Source: an uncultured Candidatus Micrarchaeota archaeon
Lineage (GTDB): Archaea > Micrarchaeota > Micrarchaeia > Anstonellales > Bilamarchaeaceae
Length of the DNA: 44,632 nucleotides
Assembly (NCBI GenBank): GCA_903835325.1
Contig: CAILMU010000005.1
Location: forward strand, 1 to 44,632
Direction: 5' to 3'
Shown: positions 28,857 to 37,717 of the stretch, one piece after another
How the letters are laid out: every line of letters begins with the position of its first letter
How positions within the stretch are numbered: position 1 is the stretch's first letter
Notes under the pieces: generated by a model
Databases searched by the model: none
Seen by the model: only the letters and a program-made list of their open reading frames with translations
What the model was told of the DNA's origin: nothing
Program-made: the position numbers and the translations under genes

Positions 28857-29969
28857 ATGACACAATATGACGGAAAGCTCTCGCTAGACTTAAGACTCAG
28901 CATATCAAGAGAAAGGGACCATACGGGTTCCCACGGATCATTCAAACTGGATATCAAGCAGGAGGACGGCACAGCGAAGACTTTCGAGGTATTCATCGTC
29001 CCGAAGGGGGATGTGATTGGCCTGGGAGAAGTGCGTCCGGACGGGATTTACGCCCAGAGCGGGATACCTGCGATACTCATGCCGATAGTCCTTCAGAAGA
29101 TATACTACCGCTCCAAGGGATATGACGATGAAGCCACGACATCCGCAGCGATGGTCTATGGCTCCGCAGTCCTGACCTCCGAGGATTACAGCAGGCTCGC
29201 AACTCTTCTCGGCCAGAAGACCGATGTCCTGGCGACGACATGCTCTTTGGAGGGCAACCAGGAATATTACCTTGAATGCCTCGGTTCCTATACCTCGAGT
29301 TACGCGGGCAACCGCTGGGTCAAGCTGGCCAGATCCTACGATAATATGGGCATGACCAGCGTATCATACGAGCTCGGAAGGGGGGTTCATGTCAGCAGGA
29401 CGGTCCTGGAGGAAGGGCCGATACTGAAGAGGGATTCGAACGGCGTCAAGACGGAGGTCGAACCCGCGCTCCGAGACGTTCTTCCGGAAGTCGTCAGCGG
29501 CCTCGAGACCATTGCGCATTCGCTCGAAAACCAGAAAGGAACGATTTGCGTCAGTGTCCGAGACCATGCGCTGATGCGCGCGCTTTACCTGTTATCCGAT
29601 GATCTCGTAGAAGGAAGCCCAGTCGTGTTCCGGGACGGCAATTATGGCAAAGGCGGTTCCGATATCGAATTCCATTGCAACAGCGCCAGGTATATCAATT
29701 CGGTCCTGAAAAACCTGCGCGTCGATCTCACCCGCGAGCATGATGCGGTCAAGCAGGTGCTCACCGCAGCGAAGAAGGTCTATGGGGAGCTCAGCGGCGG
29801 GATGTCGTTCCGCGGACTTCTTGAATCAGGTAAGGATATCACCCCTGAGGAGGCCAAGGGAGTCATCAACCAGATGGAGCGCCTTCAGCGGATGAATGAG
29901 CATTATCGTAGGGCAATAACCGGTGTGCCGAAAAAAACCCCCGGAGTATCACGTCAAAATTCCCCATGA
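28857..29969 (+). CDS. hypothetical protein
   Basis: 370-aa ORF with TATA-like TTTATAAA about 25-30 nt upstream. No family recognised. Confidence 0.75.
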   Translation: MTQYDGKLSLDLRLSISRERDHTGSHGSFKLDIKQEDGTAKTFEVFIVPKGDVIGLGEVRPDGIYAQSGIPAILMPIVLQKIYYRSKGYDDEATTSAAMVYGSAVLTSEDYSRLATLLGQKTDVLATTCSLEGNQEYYLECLGSYTSSYAGNRWVKLARSYDNMGMTSVSYELGRGVHVSRTVLEEGPILKRDSNGVKTEVEPALRDVLPEVVSGLETIAHSLENQKGTICVSVRDHALMRALYLLSDDLVEGSPVVFRDGNYGKGGSDIEFHCNSARYINSVLKNLRVDLTREHDAVKQVLTAAKKVYGELSGGMSFRGLLESGKDITPEEAKGVINQMERLQRMNEHYRRAITGVPKKTPGVSRQNSP

Positions 29970-31923
29970 ATCCTTTTTTTTCAGATTTCGTGTCCATTGC
30001 GATGCGCGCATCTAGCATTTCTTCGGTCCAGTATCGGCCCATGGCTTTGGGCCTGAGGAGGTATCTCAGTTTCGCAACGGCCTCATCGGGCTGCATCCCG
30101 GATTTTTTTGCCTCATCGAAGAATCGACTTGTGATATCGGCTATCTCAGTAACATCTGGCTTCCGGTTGAACCTGCCGATTATCTGGATGAATTCGTTCG
30201 TGCAGTCTTCGCTACGTCCGCCTGCATGAGCGCGGATTTTAGCAACTTCGAGGGTGCTGGTCTCGAGAGGCGCAGTCCGAAACGGATGCAGCCAGAATAT
30301 TTCGTCCGGGATGCGATCATATGTCTCGAAGAAAGCATTCACCACAGCTCCCATATTTTCCCGGAAATGGCTTTCGAACTGCTCTTGCGGATTCTTTTTA
30401 TCGGGGTAATAGCGGTTCTCGGCTTCGAGGGCTTGGTGCACTTTCCTAAGTTCATCGTTCCAACCCAGGCCGCCATTCACCATGGATTTCGTGAGGAACA
30501 CAGCGAAGAGCTCGTTCACGCGTTCGTGGTCCGCTGATCGCGAAACGGCCTTGCTGTGGAAAAGGGCTGCTGTCTCGGCCAATTCGATCGGCGAGGCATT
30601 CTTGCCTATTTTGAGCATGATGTTAACCGACTTGACAACTGTCTCGACAGTTGCAGGACGGGTTCCGTAATACATGCGTTCCATGGCGTCGAAGTTGGAT
30701 TCAGGCTGATTCATTCGGAAAGGCCGGGACCAGGATAAAATAGATGTCAATGAACCGATCTGGGCGATATCGTCCCCATGCTGAAGAACTCTGCATGCGA
30801 TTCTCAGGATTTTGTCTGTGTCTTTCTTCTGCTCTGGAAGCAAGAACAGGTTGTGCGCTATCGACAGGGCGCGATCGCCATTTTTTGTGAGAAGGAATGG
30901 AAGGACCGTGAGGTATGAGTCGATCGGCTTATTCGGGTCGATATAATTCCGCACAATCCTTTTCTTGCAGACACGCTCGATTCCATTCGTATATGATGCG
31001 GTTTCTGATACGACCCTATCGAGCTGCTTATGGTCGGTGATGAAAACGTTGTTCGATTCGAGGTATCTCGAAAATTGGCTGAGTTGCTTGATATCCAGGC
31101 CTTCGATGACTGACAGCGGGCCGTAGGAAGCTGCTTTCTCCTTCATGGAAAGGCATTCGAAAGCGGAAATCCCTTCGATGATGGATTCCATCATCTCAAG
31201 GGAATCATCGCCGGAAGCAACGCAAAGCGCCCCGACTGCTTCGACAGCCTCACTGCCAGTCACCTTGCCGATGTTCTTCTTGATGAGTGTGAGAGCCAGC
31301 ATCTTCCGGTCCTGATCGAATTCCAAGGCCGCAAGATTCTTCGCTTCTTCGACATACCCTGCGGGGTTCATGCGGAGCTTGTCGCTCGACCGGAGGGAGT
31401 GTAATTCAACGAGATACGGTTTAGCTTCATCAGGAACATTTTCCATGTCCTTTTCCAGCAATTCGCGGTCCTCTTTTTCCTTCATCTTCTTCTCAGCATC
31501 GAGCCGCCGGATCTCGGCCTGCATCCTGCGCGCGGCCGCTTCCCGATGCTTTTTCTCCTGGGCGATCTGTTCGGCGCGGAGGCGCTCGGCCTGGGCGTTC
31601 ATGCGCTCGTTATCGGCCCGCTCCTGCTCTCTCCTGCGCTCTTCCGGAGTCGTATCGGAGCGGATCTTCATCAATGTTGAGATGAAATCCGGACCTGCGA
31701 TCGGGGCTTCTTCGGCAATCTCGTCGTTGAGGACCTTCGCGGCCTCCACGATATCCTTGAAAGTCTTCTCGAGCTCGGTTTTCTCCGAACCGCTGAGACC
31801 GGGATGCTTGTCAGGGTGGTACTTCTGGGCCAAGGTGCGGAATGCCCTTTTGACGTCGTCTGGCCCACAACCTTCGTTAAGGTTGAGCACTTTTATCGCT
31901 AGTTTCCTGTCCACGTTTTCCAT
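29866..31923 (-). CDS. J-domain (DnaJ-like) protein with coiled coil and large unknown C-terminal region
   Basis: VLNL...DDVKRAFRTLAQKYHPDKH...FKDIVEAAKVL, an HPD-containing J-domain. No G/F-rich or zinc-finger region. Confidence 0.88.
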   Translation of the reverse strand: MENVDRKLAIKVLNLNEGCGPDDVKRAFRTLAQKYHPDKHPGLSGSEKTELEKTFKDIVEAAKVLNDEIAEEAPIAGPDFISTLMKIRSDTTPEERRREQERADNERMNAQAERLRAEQIAQEKKHREAAARRMQAEIRRLDAEKKMKEKEDRELLEKDMENVPDEAKPYLVELHSLRSSDKLRMNPAGYVEEAKNLAALEFDQDRKMLALTLIKKNIGKVTGSEAVEAVGALCVASGDDSLEMMESIIEGISAFECLSMKEKAASYGPLSVIEGLDIKQLSQFSRYLESNNVFITDHKQLDRVVSETASYTNGIERVCKKRIVRNYIDPNKPIDSYLTVLPFLLTKNGDRALSIAHNLFLLPEQKKDTDKILRIACRVLQHGDDIAQIGSLTSILSWSRPFRMNQPESNFDAMERMYYGTRPATVETVVKSVNIMLKIGKNASPIELAETAALFHSKAVSRSADHERVNELFAVFLTKSMVNGGLGWNDELRKVHQALEAENRYYPDKKNPQEQFESHFRENMGAVVNAFFETYDRIPDEIFWLHPFRTAPLETSTLEVAKIRAHAGGRSEDCTNEFIQIIGRFNRKPDVTEIADITSRFFDEAKKSGMQPDEAVAKLRYLLRPKAMGRYWTEEMLDARIAMDTKSEKKGFMGNFDVILRGFFSAHRLLPYDNAHSSAEGAPSG

Positions 31924-32080
31924 TTGTGTGATTGGATTTAAAAGTGTGTTGTTTGAGCGGATTTCGTGGGGTTGATGGTAGCCAACGATTTTCGGATGAA
32001 TGATATGAAAAGATTGAGATTCGGGGCTTGGGCAGCGTACAAATCGGCAAGTTTATTTAGATGATCCGGATAGGTAATTC

Positions 32081-32665
32081 ATGCCGCAAGGAGCATCTAA
32101 AGGCAGAACTAAAATGGGATTGCTGCCAGAACAGCGTGAAGGACTGCTCAGGGCATTGAAAGCCCGTTTTGAGAAAAATATGTCCCGTCATACAGGCTTT
32201 GAATGGGCAAAAATACAAGCAAGGCTGGAAGCTGATACTGAAATATTATGGTCCCTCAATGAGATGGAAAGAACCGGCGGCGAGCCGGATGTGGTTGGTT
32301 TTGACAAAAAGACGGGCGAGTACATTTTTTATGATTGTTCGGCGGAAAGCCCTGAAGGCCGCAGAAGCGTCTGTTACGACCGTGAAGCGTTAGAGGCAAG
32401 AAAGGAGAATAAACCGAAGAATAACGCGATTGATATGGCGGCTGCCATGGGAATCGAGCTTGTGACTGAAGAACAATATAGGGAGTTGCAGAAACTTGGA
32501 GATTTCGATACGAAAACGCAGAGCTGGCTGAAAACACCAACTGACATTAGAAAACTCGGCGGCGCCATCTTCGCCGATCGTCGCTACGGCCATGTATTCG
32601 TGTATCACAACGGCGCAGAATCCTACTATGCCGCTAGGGGGTTCCGCGGCTCGATACAGGTTTGA
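32081..32665 (+). CDS. DUF4256-family protein
   Basis: LKARFEKNMSRH, WSLNEMERTGGEPDVV, DCSAESPEGRRSVCYD, YHNGAESYYAARGFRG match the DUF4256 pattern as recalled. Alternative start at 32114. Confidence 0.85.
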   Translation: MPQGASKGRTKMGLLPEQREGLLRALKARFEKNMSRHTGFEWAKIQARLEADTEILWSLNEMERTGGEPDVVGFDKKTGEYIFYDCSAESPEGRRSVCYDREALEARKENKPKNNAIDMAAAMGIELVTEEQYRELQKLGDFDTKTQSWLKTPTDIRKLGGAIFADRRYGHVFVYHNGAESYYAARGFRGSIQV

Positions 32666-32779
32666 ATTTGATAATAAGGGTCATGACTGAGAGATATAAA
32701 AATATTTATGTGACTACTTTTGTGCAAATTCTGCTTTGCCCCCTAAATGTTTAAAAATGCTTGCCCCCTAATTGTAATC

Positions 32780-33652
32780 ATGAGCCAGTATATAGAAAAG
32801 AAGGTCATCAAAGGCAGAACTTACTACTATTTTACTGAAAACAAATATATGAATGGAAAATGGAAAAAAAATAGAAAATATCTTGGTGTCGCGACTCCCT
32901 CCGGTTTTGAAAAACCGAGAAGAAAAAAACCCAAACAGATCCTAACCGATAAAGAGATCAAAATCATAGAACTGATCAGAAAAAATTATAGCAAAGCCCA
33001 TCATCTAGATTCTAGATTATGGAGGGAGGAACGTGAGCGTTTCGTGAGCTTTATTTTCAATACCAATGCGATTGAGGGCAACCCCATCACATATGAAGAT
33101 ACCGACACAGTTCTTCGGGGCGGGAAGATAAAGGCAAAGAAGAAAGACGTCCGTGAAATTATGAATATGAAGAAATGCATCGATTTTCTTTTCGGTTATT
33201 CAGGACCGATTGATGAAAGACTTGTATTGAAGCTGCACATAATGCAGATGAGAGGGGTATTGGATGGGGCTGGGCGATATCGTGATGTTGATGTCAGCGT
33301 AGGTAGATACGTCTGTCCATCTAACAGTGAAGTACCGGCTCTCATGAGAAGATTTTTTGTCTGGTTCAAGGAATCGGAAAGCAATATGCATCCATTTGAG
33401 CTTGCTGTGCTAACTCATCTCAAATTTGTGAGAATACATCCTTTTAGGGACGGGAATGGAAGAATGTCAAGACTTCTGATGAACCTGGTCCTGCTGAAGA
33501 GAGGATACCCTCTCCTGAATATCTTCAATGATGAGAAACTGCTCTACTACCTGGTCCTTAGAAAAGTCGATGCAACCAAGAGGCCGAAATCATTTGTCGA
33601 GTATCTGTTTAGCACCTATATTCGGCAGTACGAAGATTATGTGAAGAAGTAA
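32780..33652 (+). CDS. Fic family protein (AMPylase-type motif)
   Basis: IHPFRDGNGRMSR canonical Fic motif, NTNAIEGN inhibitory-helix motif, basic N-terminal domain (KGRTYYY...KYLG). Confidence 0.94.
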   Translation: MSQYIEKKVIKGRTYYYFTENKYMNGKWKKNRKYLGVATPSGFEKPRRKKPKQILTDKEIKIIELIRKNYSKAHHLDSRLWREERERFVSFIFNTNAIEGNPITYEDTDTVLRGGKIKAKKKDVREIMNMKKCIDFLFGYSGPIDERLVLKLHIMQMRGVLDGAGRYRDVDVSVGRYVCPSNSEVPALMRRFFVWFKESESNMHPFELAVLTHLKFVRIHPFRDGNGRMSRLLMNLVLLKRGYPLLNIFNDEKLLYYLVLRKVDATKRPKSFVEYLFSTYIRQYEDYVKK

Positions 33653-33723
33653 AATATTCCCATATTGGATTAAAACTACATTTTTATGTAGTTTTGAAGG
33701 TAATATTGGATAAGGAAGATAAG

Positions 33724-33795
33724 GGCCATGACCGAGAATCGGACTCGGGCCTAGAGGGCCACAGCCTCTCACGCTACCATTACGCCATCATGGCC
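33724..33795 (-). tRNA. tRNA-His(GTG), genome-encoded G-1, CCA not encoded
   Basis: Minus strand G-GCCATGA TG GCGT AATGGTA GCGT G AGAGG CTGTGGC CCTCT AGGC CCGAG TCCGATT CTCGG TCATGGC C folds as a cloverleaf with discriminator C. Confidence 0.93.
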
Positions 33796-33870
33796 ATGAA
33801 TAAACTATTTCTAACGAACAAAACTCGCTTGTTAGCTGTGCCTAGCAAGTTTATCAGATAATTGAAGCGC

Positions 33871-34782
33871 TCAACTATTTATAATCGCTCCACTTTTTGC
33901 TGAAACAGCCTTCAACACCCTGCTCCCGTCCCCGCAAAAGAATTCCACCTGCTTCGCCCCGCTTTCTTCGACGTATCTCACAAGGTCGTCGAAATCGGCG
34001 TGGTCGCTCATGGGGAACGCGGCATCCGTGTCGAAACTGAAATTCAGCGCCCATCCGGTCGCCGCCGCGCAGAGCGTCTTGCGGTTGAAGGCAGTTGCAA
34101 GACGAGAAGCGAAATATCTTTTGGCTTTCCCCATCGGGACAATCGCGACGAATCGCTTCGACATCGCCTCTTCCGCCTCTTCGCTCCCTACAACTATGCG
34201 CTCGAGCGGGATGCCGAACGATTCGTAGACCGAACAGAAGAATTCCGCCTCCTCTGTCACGATGGGCGCGACTCCTGCCTCGTTGAGTATCTTGATGACC
34301 TCCTGAGTCTTCCCGAGGGAATACGCGCCGATAACTATATTGCTCGAATCGTTCGCCTTCACGAACCGCTCTAACTGCATTCGCACTTCGTTTAGCGGAG
34401 GGAAATGATAGGCCGGGTCGCCATATGTCGCTTCCATGATGAGCCGGTCGCACTGCTCTATCTTCGCGCTCATTCCGAAGACATTCGGTTTGAGCGAGAT
34501 ATCCCCGGTGTAAACCGTCTTCTCCCCATCGCTTTCGATGACAAGCTGCCGGGAGCCGAGTATATGGCCGGCATCTATCATCCGGGCGGCTGGATGGGAA
34601 TACGGCTCGGTTGGTATATCCGCGAGGGCGAGCGTCTCGCGCGATGCGATGATGTTTTTCTGCTTTTTTATCCCGGATGTGTGGTCCGAGTGCGCATGCG
34701 AGAGGAACGAGAAATCGCCGTTAGGGTGATCGAGGCCTATCCGTAGGCCGTTCCGGTCATAGTGCATGCGCTGTACTCGCAC
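33871..34782 (-). CDS. metallo-beta-lactamase fold nuclease (beta-CASP-like)
   Basis: SHAHSDH, AGHILGS, YTGD, MEATYG, AYSLGKTQE, SDHADF. Confidence 0.92.
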   Translation of the reverse strand: MRVQRMHYDRNGLRIGLDHPNGDFSFLSHAHSDHTSGIKKQKNIIASRETLALADIPTEPYSHPAARMIDAGHILGSRQLVIESDGEKTVYTGDISLKPNVFGMSAKIEQCDRLIMEATYGDPAYHFPPLNEVRMQLERFVKANDSSNIVIGAYSLGKTQEVIKILNEAGVAPIVTEEAEFFCSVYESFGIPLERIVVGSEEAEEAMSKRFVAIVPMGKAKRYFASRLATAFNRKTLCAAATGWALNFSFDTDAAFPMSDHADFDDLVRYVEESGAKQVEFFCGDGSRVLKAVSAKSGAIINS

Positions 34783-34816
34783 TCAAAGAATAAAAATGGT
34801 TGGACTGGTCACCGGG

Positions 34817-35146
34817 TCATTGCGCGATCTTGACGTCGCTTGCCAGGATGTAATAACCCAAGACAGTATCCTTCACGACCGTTCCGCTGACAGTGACGTT
34901 CTTGCCTTCAGGGGGGAGCATCTCGCTCGAGACTCCCATCGTGCCGGTCCCGTCATTCAAGCTGAACGCGGAGAGCCTGCCGAGCTTAATGGATTTCTCC
35001 ACAGCCCCCTGGACATTCACTTTCTGGCCCACGAATTTGTCGGGGTTGGCCTTGATGTCGGATAATTTGGTCATGCTGGGACCGAGGCATCCGAAAATGA
35101 GCATCGAGACGAATGCGATAACAAACAGGATGGAGATGGTTTTCAT
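34817..35146 (-). CDS. small OB-fold lipoprotein
   Basis: Lipobox LIFGC; P.KFVGQKVNVQG.V, F.L.DGTG.M.V, VTVSG.V extracytoplasmic OB pattern. Confidence 0.8.
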   Translation of the reverse strand: MKTISILFVIAFVSMLIFGCLGPSMTKLSDIKANPDKFVGQKVNVQGAVEKSIKLGRLSAFSLNDGTGTMGVSSEMLPPEGKNVTVSGTVVKDTVLGYYILASDVKIAQ

Positions 35147-35205
35147 GGAGTCCCTTGACCAGGGAAAAAATATAAAACAATATACTATATCCCTTACCCC
35201 TTTTC

Positions 35206-35886
35206 CTAGTCCTTGTAATGGTGCCTCAATATCGCGCGTATGAGCTTCGCCCGCTTCGGACCGAGTCCTTCCACTTCAGACAGCTCCTGCTCGGATGCCG
35301 ACATCACCTTTTCTACCGTCCCGAAATGCCTGAGCAGGGATTTCGCGCTTTTAGGCCCGATCAGTGGAAGCATCTCGACAATAGAGCGCATCGTATCGTC
35401 GGGTGTTAGCGTCTTGCGCTTCGCGAACACGCGCATCGCGACTTTCTTAGCGAGCTGTTCGTGCTTGGCGAAACTGAAGACGAGCTCCGCAGTCGCTTCC
35501 TTGTCCCGGGTGAACATCATTGATGCGCCGAAATCCGCGATTATGGCGGCGTATGCGCCAAGCAATGCGTTCCGGCTTATCCTTTCCTCATCGCTGACCC
35601 CTTCCACGACGACAACAACCCGTTCGAAATTGGTTGTCATGTTCTGCAGCTGGGAAAAAAGCCTGCCATCCATTATCGACTGCTCGAAATCAGAGCGCGT
35701 CTTCCTCTCGACCACAAGCCGCTCCGAGCATAGGAAATCGCCCACTTCCAAGACCTGCCGCTCGACATCCGCCCCCATGCCTTCCAGAAGCTCCTCGAAG
35801 AGCTCGTCCTCGCGCTGATCGATCACTATTTTCGCCTTTTTTGGAGGTTCCGGTGGTCCGGAATATTTGTCAAGGGATTGCTGCAC
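35206..35886 (-). CDS. xpf: XPF/ERCC4 structure-specific endonuclease (short form, nuclease + HhH2)
   Basis: IDQRE, VGDF, VERKT..DF..SI.DGRLF.Q, C-terminal LPLIGPK and VEGLGPKRA helix-hairpin-helix motifs. GTG start. Confidence 0.94.
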   Translation of the reverse strand: MQQSLDKYSGPPEPPKKAKIVIDQREDELFEELLEGMGADVERQVLEVGDFLCSERLVVERKTRSDFEQSIMDGRLFSQLQNMTTNFERVVVVVEGVSDEERISRNALLGAYAAIIADFGASMMFTRDKEATAELVFSFAKHEQLAKKVAMRVFAKRKTLTPDDTMRSIVEMLPLIGPKSAKSLLRHFGTVEKVMSASEQELSEVEGLGPKRAKLIRAILRHHYKD

Positions 35887-35934
35887 GAAATCACCGAAAG
35901 GAAATAATCAACGGGATTCGGATGAACTTACGTT

Positions 35935-36630
35935 TCAGACGACCTTGTTGGCGACGGAATCCATGTAGGACTTGATATCGTCGAAACTTATCGAGCAGCC
36001 GGAATATTTCATCTTATATAAGGCGGCCTCCAGCATCTCGTTCTTGCGGTTGTCGCTGACATCGAAATACCCTTTCTCGAAAGCGAGCATGGCAAGCTCG
36101 CTGCTCCGCAATGTGCGGAGACCCGATATCTCGGATGTCAACTGCCTCAGGTTCTCCTTGTTCACCATCGCATGGACGCCGAACTCGTTCTCCAGGTGCG
36201 TCTTGAGCCGGATAGGCGCCTCGATCAGCATGCGCGTCGTGCGCTCGTCCATCAGCAGGTACTCGACCTGGCTAGAGCGCGAGAGAGCAAGCATCTCGGC
36301 TTCACCCTGCTGAATGAGCATCAGGGGTTTGCCTTTCAGATAGAACAGGTTGTTCGCGTAATTCATGAGCCTTTTTCCTGCAACCGAATAATCGCCCTGC
36401 GCCCGGACAAGGACGCCGTCTTCGATGGCCTGGCGGATGCGGAGGGCCGAATACATGTGCTTGCGTATGTTCTCGTCCAGCACGCGCCCGACGGTCTCGT
36501 ATTCCACGGCAGGCGGTATCATGAAGCGCATGTGCTGCTTCTCATGGAAGAAATACAAAAGCCGGTCGAGGCAGCTCGATGTGAGCGTTATCAAGGATCC
36601 TGAATCGCACACTATGTCATGGGTCTTCAT
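35935..36630 (-). CDS. PIN-domain protein (DUF3368/VapC-like)
   Basis: IVCDSGSLI, PPAVEYE, GEAEMLAL, LLMDERTTR: the acidic PIN active-site pattern. Confidence 0.8.
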   Translation of the reverse strand: MKTHDIVCDSGSLITLTSSCLDRLLYFFHEKQHMRFMIPPAVEYETVGRVLDENIRKHMYSALRIRQAIEDGVLVRAQGDYSVAGKRLMNYANNLFYLKGKPLMLIQQGEAEMLALSRSSQVEYLLMDERTTRMLIEAPIRLKTHLENEFGVHAMVNKENLRQLTSEISGLRTLRSSELAMLAFEKGYFDVSDNRKNEMLEAALYKMKYSGCSISFDDIKSYMDSVANKVV

Positions 36631-36634
36631 AGCA

Positions 36635-37171
36635 TCATTCTTCGATGAGCTTCCTGGCCAGTTTCATCCTCTCCTTGATATCCTTCTCGTCTTTCACCCG
36701 GTCGAACATCATGGTCGCTCCGGCGTAATCAAGGACCTCCTGCTTCTCCTGGCCGCTGAACTCGCAGGCGACCCCGAGGCTCATGCCCTGGGCATAGAGC
36801 GTCGCCGCCATCTTGAGTTTCGCTTTCGTCATCATATTGATTATGAAACGGGGGTCCTCCTTCTCGAGCGATGTGATCGATTTCTCCGCAGACTGGATGG
36901 ATTTGGATACGCGCTCATCCTCATCGTTCGAGATATAGACCAGGTCGGCCAGCGCCCCCTCTATCGCGCGCAGCCTGCCTTCGTATTCGCGCTCCAGGAA
37001 ACGGGGCTTCGAAACTATCTTGGACAATGCGTATGAAAGGACGGCCAGGTCGAATAGAGGCTTGCTGAGTTCCGTCGCTGCGGCGGAAAGCACCTCGTCG
37101 TTGAGCTTCCTTAGCGCCCTCTGGTTCCTTTTGCGGAACGCCGAGAGAATCATCTGGGAAAATTCGCGCAT
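36635..37171 (-). CDS. helical protein with C-terminal UPF0175-like HTH
   Basis: Start moved to the ATG at 37171 (MREFSQ; GAGGT SD). C-terminal AATLYAQGMSLGVACEFSG resembles UPF0175 antitoxin-like HTH. Directly upstream of the PIN gene. Confidence 0.75.
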   Translation of the reverse strand: MREFSQMILSAFRKRNQRALRKLNDEVLSAAATELSKPLFDLAVLSYALSKIVSKPRFLEREYEGRLRAIEGALADLVYISNDEDERVSKSIQSAEKSITSLEKEDPRFIINMMTKAKLKMAATLYAQGMSLGVACEFSGQEKQEVLDYAGATMMFDRVKDEKDIKERMKLARKLIEE

Positions 37172-37232
37172 GTACCTCAAAATGGTCACCAATGGAGGAA
37201 AAACGGCGATAGCTTTATAAACCTTACACTTA

Positions 37233-37254
37233 TATATCATGATATAATCATGAT
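37233..37254. promoter_or_regulatory. palindromic operator candidate TATATCATGATATA plus second ATCATGAT
   Basis: 14-bp perfect palindrome at 37233-37246. The ATCATGAT core recurs 11 bp later (37247-37254) in the divergent promoter region. Confidence 0.5.
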
Positions 37255-37291
37255 AGTTGCGTGATTTCATCGCAACGGTGTTGGTGATGTC

Positions 37292-37717
37292 ATGGAAGAC
37301 AAGCAATTTAAACCTACTGACAATGCGCTCGCCCGTGAAATCCGCAGCGATCTCGATTTGAACATGGATAAATTCCGGGATCCGGTGGTGCTCGGCGAGC
37401 TCGTTTACCGCCTCCTCGAGGAGCGCGAGAACACGAACAGGCTGCTGAAGAACATCCTGGCGAAGCTGGAGGCCCTTGAGATCAAAGGGACCCAACCGGC
37501 GCTTCCGGTTCATGCCAAGGAGACCATGCTCCCTGAGATAGACGAGCAGATAATCTCGTTCCTCAAGGGCGCTGGCAAAGTCACAGCAGAAGAGGTCCGT
37601 GTGAAGTTCAACTACCGTGGCAAGAACGCCGCATGCGCCCGATTGAACCGTTTGTTCGACCAGGGCCTGATACAGAAGAGACAGGTGGGGAAGAAGATGT
37701 TCTTCTTTCCCGTATAG
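37292..37717 (+). CDS. coiled-coil + C-terminal winged-helix protein (putative regulator)
   Basis: EERENTNRLLKNILAKLEALE coiled coil; DEQIISFLK..GKVTAEEV.......NAACARLNRLFDQGLIQKRQVGKKMFF wHTH. GGTGA SD upstream. Confidence 0.85.
   Translation: MEDKQFKPTDNALAREIRSDLDLNMDKFRDPVVLGELVYRLLEERENTNRLLKNILAKLEALEIKGTQPALPVHAKETMLPEIDEQIISFLKGAGKVTAEEVRVKFNYRGKNAACARLNRLFDQGLIQKRQVGKKMFFFPV

Noticed and set aside
37172..37513. N-terminal extension of the 292-aa minus ORF
   Set aside because: It overlaps the well-supported + strand wHTH gene and the promoter region. The ATG at 37171 has an SD.
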